Source: the human T2T-CHM13v2.0 reference genome, Homo sapiens
Direction: 5' to 3' (one strand)
Assembly: GCF_009914755.1 (NCBI RefSeq)
Contig: NC_060942.1
Length of the DNA: 64,000 nucleotides
Shown here: one piece after another, positions 1 to 11,200 of the stretch
Numbering within the stretch: position 1 is the first letter of the stretch
Layout of the letters: every line of letters starts with the position of its first letter
Program-made: the position numbers and the translations under genes
The notes under the pieces: model-generated
Database searches by the model: none
What the model was told of the DNA's origin: nothing
What the model saw: only the letters and a program-made list of their open reading frames with translations

Positions 1-77
1 GAAGTGGGATAGGCCAGGCCTGGAGTGCGGAGAGATGGAGAAAGCTGTAGGGTCTGGCAGACATATCCTGTGCTTAC

Positions 78-146
78 CACGATCACCACTTTGGGGGTGG
101 GGCCCTTAACCTCCCGCTGTACGGTGCCAAACCGCTGGCTGTACAT
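78..146 (-). CDS. CFAP53: CFAP53 (CCDC11) coding exon 1; gene continues left of the window
   Basis: Minus strand from ATG at 146 reads MYSQRFGTVQREVKGPTPKVVIV (23 codons), then a GTAAGC donor at 77-72. Matches the N-terminus I recall for human CFAP53. Confidence 0.93.
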
Positions 147-420
147 TTTCGAGTCCCCTTCGGGACGGGGGCGGCGTCCGCCGCGTTTCCCCCAACCGTG
201 GCGACCTGCGGGACCCGCTTCCGCGACGCAGAAGTCTGGTTGCCATGGTGCGCCTCGCGGGATTAGGGGCCGGTAGAGGTGGGCGGGTCGGGCGGAAGTC
301 GGTCTGGTCACCATGGGGGCCGCAGACGCCTGCACTCGGGACTTCCTCTTCCAGCTGAGAAGCTGAGCCTGCGCAGTCCTCACCCCGCCCCTCGGCCAAA
401 TCCCGCCGACCTTGCTCCCT
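147..420 (-). promoter_or_regulatory. CFAP53 CpG-rich promoter/5'UTR with RFX X-box-like and ETS motifs
   Basis: CpG dense. GTTGCCATGGTGC at 239-251 and GTCACCATGGGGGC at 307-320 resemble the RFX X-box typical of ciliary genes; CGGAAGT at 293-299. Confidence 0.75.
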
Positions 421-689
421 TCCTCCAGGGTTCATCAGAATGGCAGAAAAAACCTCTAGCCCAAGAAAAATCAAAGCTCTAATTACAATTCCAGTTGACT
501 TTGCTATTTATATCTTGTAATGGTCTAAAAGTATGAAAAAGGTTAGCGAACATTTTTTGGGAAGCTTAAATTTTGCACTATCTGTAGGTTAATCTTGATG
601 ACGGTAATAATCACAGGAAAACCTTATATTTGTGTAGTTCTTTACAATTTCCAAGATATTTTCACACACACAGCCTTTTAACCTCACAG

Positions 690-980
690 ATTTTTTCTGA
701 GACAAGGTCTCGCTCTGTCGCCCAGGGTGGAGTGCCGTGGCGTGATCATGGCTCCCTGCAGCCTCGTCCTCCTGGGCCTCAGCCTCCAGAGTATCTGGGA
801 CTACAGAGCCTGCGCCACCACGCCCTGCTAATTTAAAAACAAATTTTGAAGAGACAGGGGGTCCCGCTATGTTGCTCAGGCTGGAACTCCTGCTCCTGGG
901 TTCAAGCGATCCTCCCCACTGCCCCTCCCGCCGGCCTCCCAAAGTGTTGGAATTACAGGGTGCGCTACCGCGCGTGGCCG
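690..980 (-). mobile_element. Alu (AluJ-like)
   Basis: GAGACAAGGTCTCGCTCTGTCGCCCAGG...CCCAAAGTGTTGGAATTACAGG, dimeric Alu structure in reverse orientation. Confidence 0.85.
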
Positions 981-1329
981 CAAATATCTTACAGGGTTGA
1001 TAGAATAGCAAGTAATACTATCCTTATTTTCCAGCTAAGGCAAAGCTCAGGGAGCCTAAGTGCCTTGTCAAACCAAATAACCAGTAATAATAATAATTTT
1101 TTAAAACCTGTTAATAAAATCTTCCTATTTGCCATTGGCAGAAACCAGGGCTTAGACTCAGGATATCCTAGGATGGGGGCAGATCAAATGGACTAGTGGG
1201 GCAGTGGCACGACCTGGTGGAGCATAATTAAGAGTCTGAGGGTCACAGTGGACCAGGGTCAGGATGTGGATCAGAAGTCCAGTAACTGGTTTCTGAGAAT
1301 CAGGATCCAGGCAGAACAGGAAACACAAA

Positions 1330-1405
1330 TCAGGGAACCAGGACGGACCTGCAGCACAGGTGGTAACCACAGTTGCATTTCCAGTCAAGAGCAAGGTGGT
1401 AATAC
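1330..1405 (-). CDS. MBD1: MBD1 alternative terminal coding exon (R)YYHLALDWKCNCGYHLCCRSVLVP*
   Basis: tttag acceptor at 1407-1406, phase-compatible with the exon ending CCA AG at 6419; TGA at 1332-1330. Peptide matches an MBD1 isoform C-terminus I recall. Confidence 0.7.
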
Positions 1406-1644
1406 CTAAAAGCCAATTAAGAATGACACTGTGATACTCCCATTCTAAAGTGGGGGTGAGCATAGAACACTTGTGAGCACATGCAACAAATCAGTACCTA
1501 CGTCAAACTGACATATAATAAGTACAACTAATGTGTATGCCCTCTTAAGGACGCAATTTACTGTAAATTAGCATTCCTTAATCATTTGTAAACCACCCAC
1601 TTCGGATTTTGTATGTGGTATGTTTCTAAATACGAATTCCATTT

Positions 1645-1792
1645 CCTGAATTGCTGGTTCAGCTTTTCAGCCACGAAATAATGTTTTTCTTCTCTTTTAA
1701 TAATTCTGTCATTTTGTGTTCTTTTCTATAACGGTTCTTTCAATTGCAGTTCAGTAAAATACGCATTTGCATTTACTAAGAGTTTACGTGGC
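1645..1792 (-). pseudogene. CFAP53 exon-3 relic; candidate MBD1 alternative terminal exon (1726-1792)
   Basis: Strong acceptor ctaatttgtttgttttctgtttcag|G. Reads PRKLLVNANAYFTELQLKEPL* and, downstream, TELLKEK...FVAEKLNQQFR, versus CFAP53 LRELLALEENEYFTEMQLKKET...TKLLKEK...FVAEKLDQQFR. Confidence 0.75.
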
Positions 1793-1829
1793 CTGAAACA
1801 GAAAACAAACAAATTAGGTGGTCGTCTCG

Positions 1830-2460
1830 GTTTCCTGGAGTGTCCAGAGGGGCGGTTCTTTGATCTTCGAGTCCAACGGGCTCCGGGCCCGCCCGTCGGT
1901 CCGGGCGGAACCACCCCCACCACACATCCTCCGGGAAGGCGGCAATGAAAACGCCTTGGGCCCGAAGTACGGCTTGGGAAAATCGGCGCAGATTCGGGGC
2001 CGCCCGTTGGGGATTCCCAAGGTTGTGCAGCCCAAAGGGCCTCGTCGGAATTTCTGAGGCGATGGGGTAAACCGACCCTTGGCGACACCCGGCCGCACTC
2101 GAACGTCCTAGGTCGTCGAGCCCCGCCCTCACCCTGGGCGAGCTCCGAAATTTAACCCCGGTTCGGTTTTGCCTGTTTTACCACTATTTGAAGAGGGGGA
2201 CTCAGCTTCCCTCTGGCCCTAGCCCAAGTACTGGGGTTTGCGCCGGACGGAGACCACGCCCCAGGGCGGCCAGGCCAGGGGTGATGGGTGACGAGCGGTG
2301 CCTCCAGGGCCCCGGTGGGTGACTGTGGCTGGGAACTACGGGCTTTCTCGCCCCGGCGCCCCCTGGCGGACCCACCAGCAGGTTGAAGGTGTCCGGCCAG
2401 TGCTGAGCACCAAGAGCCTCAGCCTTCAGCCAACCCCCCGCCCCCGCGGCCTAGGTAAGT
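1830..2460. promoter_or_regulatory. CpG island in the MBD1 3' region
   Basis: High GC and CpG density with GC boxes; ends in a consensus plus-strand donor AG|GTAAGT at 2453-2460. Confidence 0.6.
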
Positions 2461-3059
2461 GAATCGCTCAGGGTCCTTGGAAAGAAGTGACCTTGATTTG
2501 ATCTTCCCACCCACTATCCCAGTTTCTCAGAGGCAGTCAACACTGTTCCCACCAAACCACTCCCAAAAGAAACACTAAGCATGTAAGTAAGTGGGACAAT
2601 AAAAATTTAAAAATAATTTTAAAATAGAACAGCTTAGAGATAGAAACTAAATTATTTCCAATTCCTACTGTGCCCCAAACAAGGTTCACAAAAGGGCTGT
2701 CCTCCCAACAATTTTCTGAATTCTATATATTCAGCATTAAATTCCATGATAAAGTTGGAAATCCATTCACCATTTGTAATACATATTGATGCATTTAATA
2801 AAATTGCATGGGCCGTATCTTTTGCATTTCTGTATCCTAGTATTAAGTACAGTGCCTACCACAGGCCAGGTTCTCAATACTTGAATAAATGACACAAAAA
2901 TAGCCAGGACCAGCAAGTTTTTTCTGGGTGGGCTTCATAGAATCTCTGTACTTGCTGGAATCACCATGAAATCCATGGTCTTCAGCTTTGCATTTTCAGC
3001 AACATAGTTATATTGAGTTATCCTCAGGTGAGCAGTGAGACCCTTGGGAGCGGATTCAT

Positions 3060-3722
3060 GGTAGGGTGGCTTTGTAATGTGTCACCTTGGTGAGGCTATG
3101 TTTCCCGGAACTCTCTTCCAGTAAGATGGGCCACAAGAGACATTTTGCTTGATAACCGGAGGGCGGAAGTGAAGCAGCAGCACATTGTTTTTACACTTGG
3201 AAGGTTGGTGCTGGGGCACCAGGCGTTGTTGCAGTTCACACGTTGCCATGTATCTGCTAGATCACCTCGTTGGTGTGGGCAGTAGTCAGGCCTGCAGCCA
3301 GGCCTGCAGCTGCTCCACCTTCCCCAGGATCATCCTTTCAGCTTCTCTAATTCCTGGGCCAGATGCATATTTAACTCTGTGAGGAAGGGCACCAGCTTCT
3401 TCTGCAGGACACCCACATCATCGAAGCTGGAGGTGGTGAGAGACTGACATGGGTTCCAGGCCATCCTCGTGGGTTCCAGCTCGTGCTCGTGGGCTCCACT
3501 GTGTCCTCGGTCTCCCACACTTTACATCCATCTTCCCTTCCCGAGTGCCTGCCCTGCAGACTTCAAGCTCCAGCATTAGATGCAAAGACAACAGCCTTAC
3601 AGAGACTGTTTAACCAGCTCCCACAATGGCATGCGGTCAGATCCCTATAATAAATCCCTTAAAATACATATATACATAATCTTTATCTTAGTGGTTCTGC
3701 TCCTCTGATTGTACCCTAACAT
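3060..3722 (+). mobile_element. ERVL solo LTR (LTR52/LTR41-like) containing an APOA4-like fragment
   Basis: Starts GGTGGCTTTGTAATGTGTCACCTTGG..GGGCGGAAGTGAAGCAGCAG and ends ...CCCTATAATAAATCCC...GTGGTTCTGCTCCTCTGATTGTACCCTAAC, typical ERVL LTR ends. Subfamily from recall. Confidence 0.7.
3371..3560 (-). CDS. MBD1: MBD1 alternative terminal exon exonised from the LTR: (S)LQGRHSGREDGCKVWE...SWCPSSQS*
   Basis: gaag acceptor at 3562-3561, phase 2, open for 63 codons to TAA at 3373-3371. A second acceptor 7 nt downstream gives (R)AGTREGKMDVKCG...HHLQLR*. Both match MBD1 isoform ends I recall. Confidence 0.7.
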
Positions 3723-4801
3723 AAATGGTCAGCAGAAGCTTAACTCATGAGTCTAAATGTCAATCAAATAAATTTCATATAGATCATTGTCAAAATTACC
3801 AGAATACTGGGGTTGGGTGGTTGGTTCCTGGGGGAAACAAAGCAGTATCAGTCTATCCAGTCTTGACTAGGGCTGAACTAGTTAGGATGGAATAAAGGAA
3901 GGGGTGGGGAAGGTGGCAGAGGCTGGACTGTATGAGACAGAACTGGGAAATGGCTAATCCATGTCTGAATTACTTAAAGCTGCAGGGCTGGGACTAGGGT
4001 AAGGCAAGGGAGGCACACAGGATACAAAGTTTAAGGAGGCACTCACTCAGTCCTGGCCCTGTAAAGCTGGCTAACAAATTACAGGTCTAATCTTTTTGGC
4101 ACTTTATGAATGAAGAATTGGGAGAGAGTGAGGTAGGGCTGAGCCAAGACTGGCTCTTGGGCAGGACTCGAAGCAGGAATTCAGCCTCCTAGAACACATT
4201 CAGGCTGAGGGCAGGAGCCAAGCACAAAGGTGATCACAGGGCAGGAGATGCACGTTGTCAGGAAAGATGAGCCAGGCTGGCAGCTTTAGTTACAAAGACT
4301 GCTCTGGCTGAAGAGGGGGAGTCAGGGTAACAAGCAAAATGGACAGCAGCCAGTGGGGAGATATATCCTGTAGGGTTTGAGGAATCCTATGCAGCACCTG
4401 GGGTCTGCAGGAAACCCAGTTTCTGTATGAACAGATGCTCTGACAAGGTGACCCCATCTACATTGAGCCTTGGCACTCCCTAAACCATGCTAGAGACAGG
4501 AATGTAAGGGATTTATTATAGTAATTATAGTAATCTGTGTTTTCAAGGTCACCGAAAACTCCTGTTAGTGCATACAGGATTACAGGTTACAGTTTAGTGG
4601 AGTAAAGAACAAGGGCTTTAAAAGCTGGGTTTGAGTCTAGGCTCTACTAACACCAGCTGTTCGACATTGGACAAATTAATGAGTCTCAGTTTTCCCATCC
4701 ACATAAATGGACAAAATCAATGTCTTCCCAAAAATATTATTTTAAGGATTAAATAAACTGGGTCCACAGAGGAACACACCAAATAGCAGTTCCTTTCCTT
4801 A

Positions 4802-4807
4802 TTTATT
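4802..4807 (-). terminator. AATAAA poly(A) signal for MBD1 transcripts ending in the 5282 exon (second one at 4512-4517)
   Basis: TTTATT on the plus strand about 440 nt downstream of the stop codon. Confidence 0.5.
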
Positions 4808-5242
4808 CAATTACATTTTCAATTGCTATCTCCCTGAGGAAGTATGTAGAGACACTGCCAGGTCTCATCCAGAAGCCACTTACAATTACTCATGAACATG
4901 GCTTGTTTAGGTTGTTTTGTGGTGGCTTTAATTATATTACCTTTCTCCAACCCAGCTCCCCCACCCTTAAAATCCAACTTCTTATACTCAGGCTCTTGGG
5001 GAGGAGAAGATGCACCAACTTTCTACTCTTTCTCTTCCTTTCCCGCTTACTTCTTCTAGAAGCTCAAAGTACTCTTAGGCCTGCTCTTCTGGTTTGGTAG
5101 TAGGTTTTTCCTCCTAGGGTTGATTCACACACAAGCCCTGGCAACCAATCTAGGGTCCAGCCCCTAGTAGATCAGTGTTGTCTCTCATAAAGCCAGTCTG
5201 CAAATATCACCTTGAATCCTACAGTCTGTAGAAGCCTCCAGT

Positions 5243-8200
5243 CTACTGCTTTCTAGCTCCAGGTTTTTTAAGGTCTTTGGACCTAGGGAAAAGGGAGCAG
5301 GTCTGTATGTTGAATGAGGTTTGCTATGTGCGCAATGGAGCATTACAAAACCATTTCCTACTATTCTGTGTCCTCCATCCACTTCCCCTTAATTATCCTT
5401 TATCTTTTTTTATATCTTCTAAAAACTACCATTATAGACAGCTTGTACATAGTCAGATTATAAGCTCCCTGAAGGTAGGTATCCTGTGTCTCCTGAAGGG
5501 TAAGCTTTGCAGGGCTCATTGTCCTCAATGCTGTGCACCCAACAGGAACTCAATCAATACTTCTGTAATTGGCCAAGTATAGATGAAAGGGTTTCTAGCC
5601 TGGTGGGCTGGTTTGTAGGAGCAAAGGAATCCAAGTGCTTAGGCCAATAGTTTACATCGCCAGTGTCTGGGGCTCTATGCAGGGTCTGTCAATATTCTGC
5701 AGGAGCCAGCACTCCTCTGTCCTCCCAACCACCCTAGTCCTTACAGGCATCTACCCTTTGTTCTATGCCAGGACTACAGGGACAGTTCTGCAAGGCATCT
5801 GAAGTTAATAACCTCAATAGGCTCAGGAAAGGCTCAAGAGATCCAGCCCAAGCCCTTCCACAGAGGCCGCTCCAGGAAGTGCAGGGCAACCAGAGATCAC
5901 ACAACTACGTGTGAACCCAGCTCACAAAGCCAGCTCGGAACCCAGATCTCCTGCCCATACCACTACCCAGGCAAGCCCAGCACCATTTCTCTGGTACACA
6001 TTGCTCAATGTCAGGCAACAGCCCACCCAGAGGTCTCCTGGAGACTCTAAAGGCCTTCAAGACCCAAATGATTATTCTCTGAATAAGAATTTATATATTA
6101 AAGCTGACCCCTATAGAAATTCCTTAGGAAAATAGGGACCAGACTCCCTATCTTTTTCTTTCAAATCTCATGATAGAGTACCAAGTCTTTCCCCTACCCC
6201 CAAAGGAGAGTCCTAACCTGGAATGCTATTGGGCTGGATCTCAGGAGAAATCTCTAGGGTCCTACACACACGCCCCTCATTAATTGTGACCAGCATAGTG
6301 GGTATGGGCCTTTACCTCCCACCACACCATGCCAAACTGCCGGCTATACTTTCAAAACTCAGGGCCCACATCTGGCCAACACCCACTCCTTCCCCACCCC
6401 TCACTGTGTGGGGCACACCTTGGCAACCAGACTGCTGTATCTCGGAAGCGGGTTCCACCCAGGCTGAAAATCTCCGTGATCTAGAGAAGAATTAACACCA
6501 TAGGTCAATGTGGTTGTTGGGGCTACAGCAGGGTCAGGGCAGGGTGGGGCATCCCCAGCACTGACCACGGGTGTGCCAGCCCCTCCTGCCTCTTCCTCTG
6601 GGGCCAATTTGGAGGCAGAATCATCCTTGTTCTCCTCCTTGTCCTCCTCTGGGTCAGGTGGCTCTTGCTTCACAGAAGGCAGGCCTGGGTCTACTGCCTG
6701 GGAGAAGTAGGAAACAGGCAACCATTAGAAGGGCAGAGTTCACCTGAGGAAAGTCTCTATCAGCCAACCCCTCACTGTGCTGACAAATCCTACTTCCATC
6801 ACATTTCAACACAGAAAGTCCATCTCTCTGCCTACAAAGCTTTCCCATTCCCATTCCTCACTGACCTCCGTTTTTCTGTTAGCTGGATAGCAAAGCGGGC
6901 AAAGCTAGTTGCCTGTGGGAGGTAGGGTGTCTGTTAGACAGGCGGGGTAATTCTGCAGAAACGTCGCAATCAGCACATCTATTGCTCTGCTCAAGAGAAC
7001 CATCATGGCTCATCATCACTCTGCTTACAGACCACTCCGCTACGGCACCAACAGAACATCCATCACTGCCCCCACCTTGCTAGGGCAGCCAGGCACCAAT
7101 ACGGGAGAAGTCAGGACAGCTGTGCCTGGTGTCCACTCGTCCTGGGTATCCGCCTTCTCTTGCTTCACCTGGGGTAAGGCCACAACCCAACTCAGGCCAG
7201 AGCACTGGGCCTCCTGCGTGAGGGAGGATTGCAGCAGACTTGGTCTCAGCTCCCTGGCATGCAGCTGGGTGAGGCTGGGAAGGCAGGACAGGGTGGGGCC
7301 CTCACCTGCAACAGGGCTTCTGTGGAAGCTGCAACAGGGCCCGGCACCTGCACAGGACTGCTTGCGCCTTCCCGTAAAAACACAAGGTCAGTGCCAGGCG
7401 GGGGCAGCACAAAGCCACCACCTGCTTCCTGCTTCGTTGGAGCCTGGGTATGGTCTGGTTGGGCTGTGCGTGTAGCCAAGGTGGGCTTCAAGGTAGGGCC
7501 AAGATGGTGCCGTCGGGCAGAGCTGGGCCTCTTTCGACGACGGTAAGGTGGGGGCGATCCTGCCCCATCCTCAGACTCTGACCAGACACTGGGCAGCAGC
7601 CGCTTCTATGGGGAAAGATAGGGTGCTATGGCTACCTGGTGTCCTGACCAATCACATCCACCCTGCCCGGCTCCACATGCCTGCTAATCTCCCATCAGTC
7701 CCAGCACGGAATCTGCTTACATATGAGCCCTTCATCACTGAGCCTGCTAGTCTCCTATTAGCAACACCAATGCCACCTAGACTCATTAAGCCAAGAACAA
7801 TGTCTGTTAATCCTCAACCAAAGCTACTGCCCCACCCACCCACCTACCAAGCCTGCCCACCACTTCCAGGCACTGGGGCGCCTGGCCCAACCTATCCCGT
7901 CCACCTGACCCTTCCTGCCCCACCCACCATGGCAAACTGCAGGCATTGGCGCCAACGACACTTCTGGCGCTTCTGGTTGCTGCCCCCGAATTTGGGCTTG
8001 TCGCAGCAGAAGTCGCAGCGGCCACAGTCCATCCGCCGTAGGCAGGCTGCACAGGCCCCGCACTTGCGGTTCTGCCGGCGGTTCGTGTAGGGCTGCTGGG
8101 GTGGGGGGAATGGGTGGTGCTGTCAACTAGGACTAGGAGAGGCCATCCTCAACGCCTATTCCAGTGCTGGTCCTGGTGCTCCTCTAGCCCCATAAGACGG

Positions 8201-11200
8201 AGCTACTTGCATACTAGTCTCAGCCTCCTGACTCCCCACTAGTCACTCCTCAGCATTCGCTAGTTCAACATTGGCCACTATCACTGTGCCAGCTGGCCCT
8301 CGATACCATTAGGACTGTGGCTGCTCCACTACAGTATCCACTGCTGTATTTCCTAGGCCACCACTAGCTACCAAGAAAATGTCTCTGACCCCCATTTCCA
8401 GCAACATTTTGATAACTCTCTATTAGCTCCCATCACTGTGCCTACTCTGTCGCTCATCCTAGGTGAACCCCAGTCACTATGCTAGCTGCTCCTCTGTCAA
8501 TCCCCACATCAGCTACCAGAGTGTTGGTATATGTGACATGAAGCACTCTCATGCACCTGCTGACCCCGTATTAGTCCTCCATTATCTACTCATCCCATCC
8601 TAGGACCCATTATTGTGCCTTGCTGTTCCCCAATAGGCTCATTCCAGCATCTGCTTCTTTGAAGTTAACCAAGCGTCCTGAGATTCTAGGCTTATCCAGG
8701 TAGGGTGGGGCCACTCACTAGCTCGTCCTCGTCTACACAGTAATAGATGAACTCGGCAGGTGGCGAGGGGGCCAGGGCTCTGGGGTGCTGTAGAGGCAAA
8801 TGGGGTGGGGTCAGGGCAGGTACTGGGTAAGGTCAGGGTTGTGCCTTCCCTCCACCCACTGGGGCCTCACCGGCTCTGTGGGCTCTGGGGACTGTGATGG
8901 GGGTGGTGGAGGCAGTGGCTGGGCTCCGGGGCGCCGCCTGGCAGCCATCTTGGAGTCACAGCCTCCCTTGCGGCGGGCATGTTTACCCTGGGAAAGATCA
9001 GAAAGGGTGGTTTCAGCTTGGTGGCACCAGGCAGACACAGAAACTCCCCACACCCTAAGTGCAGAAAGCATGCATGGGACAGGCAGACAGAGGGTGGCGT
9101 GAGGCACTCACAGTTGGGGGAGCCACAGCCAGGGGAGTGCGTCGCTGACATCTCTGATGACGGCGACGCAGGCGGTGAGCAAGGTGCTGGCAGACAGAGG
9201 CAGGTAGGCGGGGCCAGAAAGGCGAGCATAGGGTTAGGCAGAAAAGAAAGACATGAGGTAGGCAAGGCCAGGTTGAAAGGAAGCAGAGGCAGCGACGATT
9301 TTAACAGCAGAATGAGCTCTGCTCCCTCCAGCCCAACTCACCCGTAGGCAACGTCGCTGGACACATTTCCACTGGCGCCTGAGACCAGGGCGGGGAGGGC
9401 GAAGGCAGATGGGGCAATGGCCACAATCCTCTTGGGTCTGACAGCCCCGGCATACTCCACACCCTCGGCTCTGTTGGCGGGGGGCAGGTGGGAGCAGAGG
9501 CATGAAGCATGGGGCCAAGCCCATGGGGGCCAGGGGCCGAGGTGAGCCTTGGGCTCTTTCCACTTGCCCAACTCACCCTTTCCACAATCCGGAGGCAGCG
9601 TCTCCGTTCACACTTGCAGAACAGCCCCGATGCCACATCATGGGGCAGCTGCAGGAGGCAGGTGGAGCAGGCCCCACAGTCTTCTGTTACCTGGCAGGCT
9701 GCACACTCCCCACAGCCCACACGCTGCCAGGAATGGTAGGGACGAGATCACGGGCCTGCTCCAGAAGCACTGGTCCTCCCATGTCTACTGACCCTACATC
9801 AGCTGGCATCACCATGAATTTTAGTCCCCAATTAGCCTCATCACCGTATCTGAGAAGGTCTGGTTAGTCACCATCACTGAGGCCATTAGTATGTCTACTG
9901 GTCCCCTGTTCACTTCATCACTGTGTCTACTGATGCACTAATGGTAATGGGGATTAATTACCCCATTAATTCCCATTATTGTGTCTGCTGACCTATGGAG
10001 AGCACCCTATAAAATGACTCTTCATCCTGTGGACCCATCATCATCCCTTCAGACTCTACCAGCTCCATCACATCCTGCTCCCACTGCAGAGTTGTGAAGA
10101 GGAAGCAGGTTGTGCTTACCTTAAACATTCTCTGTTCCCGGTTGAAGGCAATTCTCTGTGCTGTGGGGAGGAAGAGGGAAGAAGAAAAGTGGAAAGGAAG
10201 CAACAGACATCTGACTTCACTCACTGCCTGTGCCCTGACTTCCACTATTCAACCTCTACCTATGCCTGCTATCTCCAATATCCAACCTCCAACCATGCCA
10301 GTAGCCTCTGTCCTGACATCCACATTCAAACCCCAGCCTAGCGTGACACTGGACCTGCTCCAGCTCCTATCTCCCGATGCCCCATCCTCTGGAGGCCACT
10401 CACCTCGACAGTCTTTGCACAACGTTTTGAGCCGCTGCCTTTGGGTGCCATCCCCTGAGAAGCTGATTCCACAGTTCTCACAGCACCTGGGATGGGAAAG
10501 GCAGGTGTGGGGCTCCAAGAGCACCCCCAATCACAACCCTCACCCATCTGGCTCACCTTAGACCAACACTCACCCAGGAGCAGGGAATGAAGCTGGGGCT
10601 GTGTCAGTGTCAGCCTTGGTCTCATCCCTCGGGGCCTCCTTCCTGACCTCACCACTCTGGGGTCCAACCTGACGTTTCCGAGTCTTGGCTGGCCTTGAAG
10701 GCTTCTTTCGCTTCTTGCTGGCAACCGCCACGGGATGGGCCTGGAAAGTAAGGGAAGGAGGAATATGGGTCAGTGGTTGGGTGTTGGGTGGCACATCCAC
10801 CCCTACCTAGGTATCTCATGTTGTGAAGTACCTTGGGGGCTGGATAGCACAAGATGCCTTGTTTGAAGTCGAAGAGGGTGAGATCACACGCAGGGCCCAG
10901 GTATCGAGTCAGCTCAACTTTGCTTCGGATCCTGTCTCCTGTGGGGCTAGGGATGGGCCATGATGGGTTAGCACCCAGGTGGAGCCAATGCCATTTCACT
11001 CATACAACCTTTTGACAGGGCTGGCAGGATATAGGAGGCAGCCTGGAATTGGCTTGTGAGCCCTGCCCAGCCCCACCTCAACTAACCTTGAAAACATAAA
11101 AAAATTAATATAAATACCAACACATATAGAAACATTAGAAACAATATAAATGTAAACAGATGAACATATTTACAACATATAATACTAGTAATACTGGAAC

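Noticed and set aside
5051-5282. MBD1 last exon RSKDLKKPGA resembles the start of CFAP53 exon 2 (RSKPPKGQGA), and a GTAAGC donor lies 232 nt downstream
   Set aside because: Similarity does not extend past about 10 codons, the phase differs, and the 28.6-kb paralogue shows no CFAP53-like peptide. Treated as probable coincidence pending alignment.
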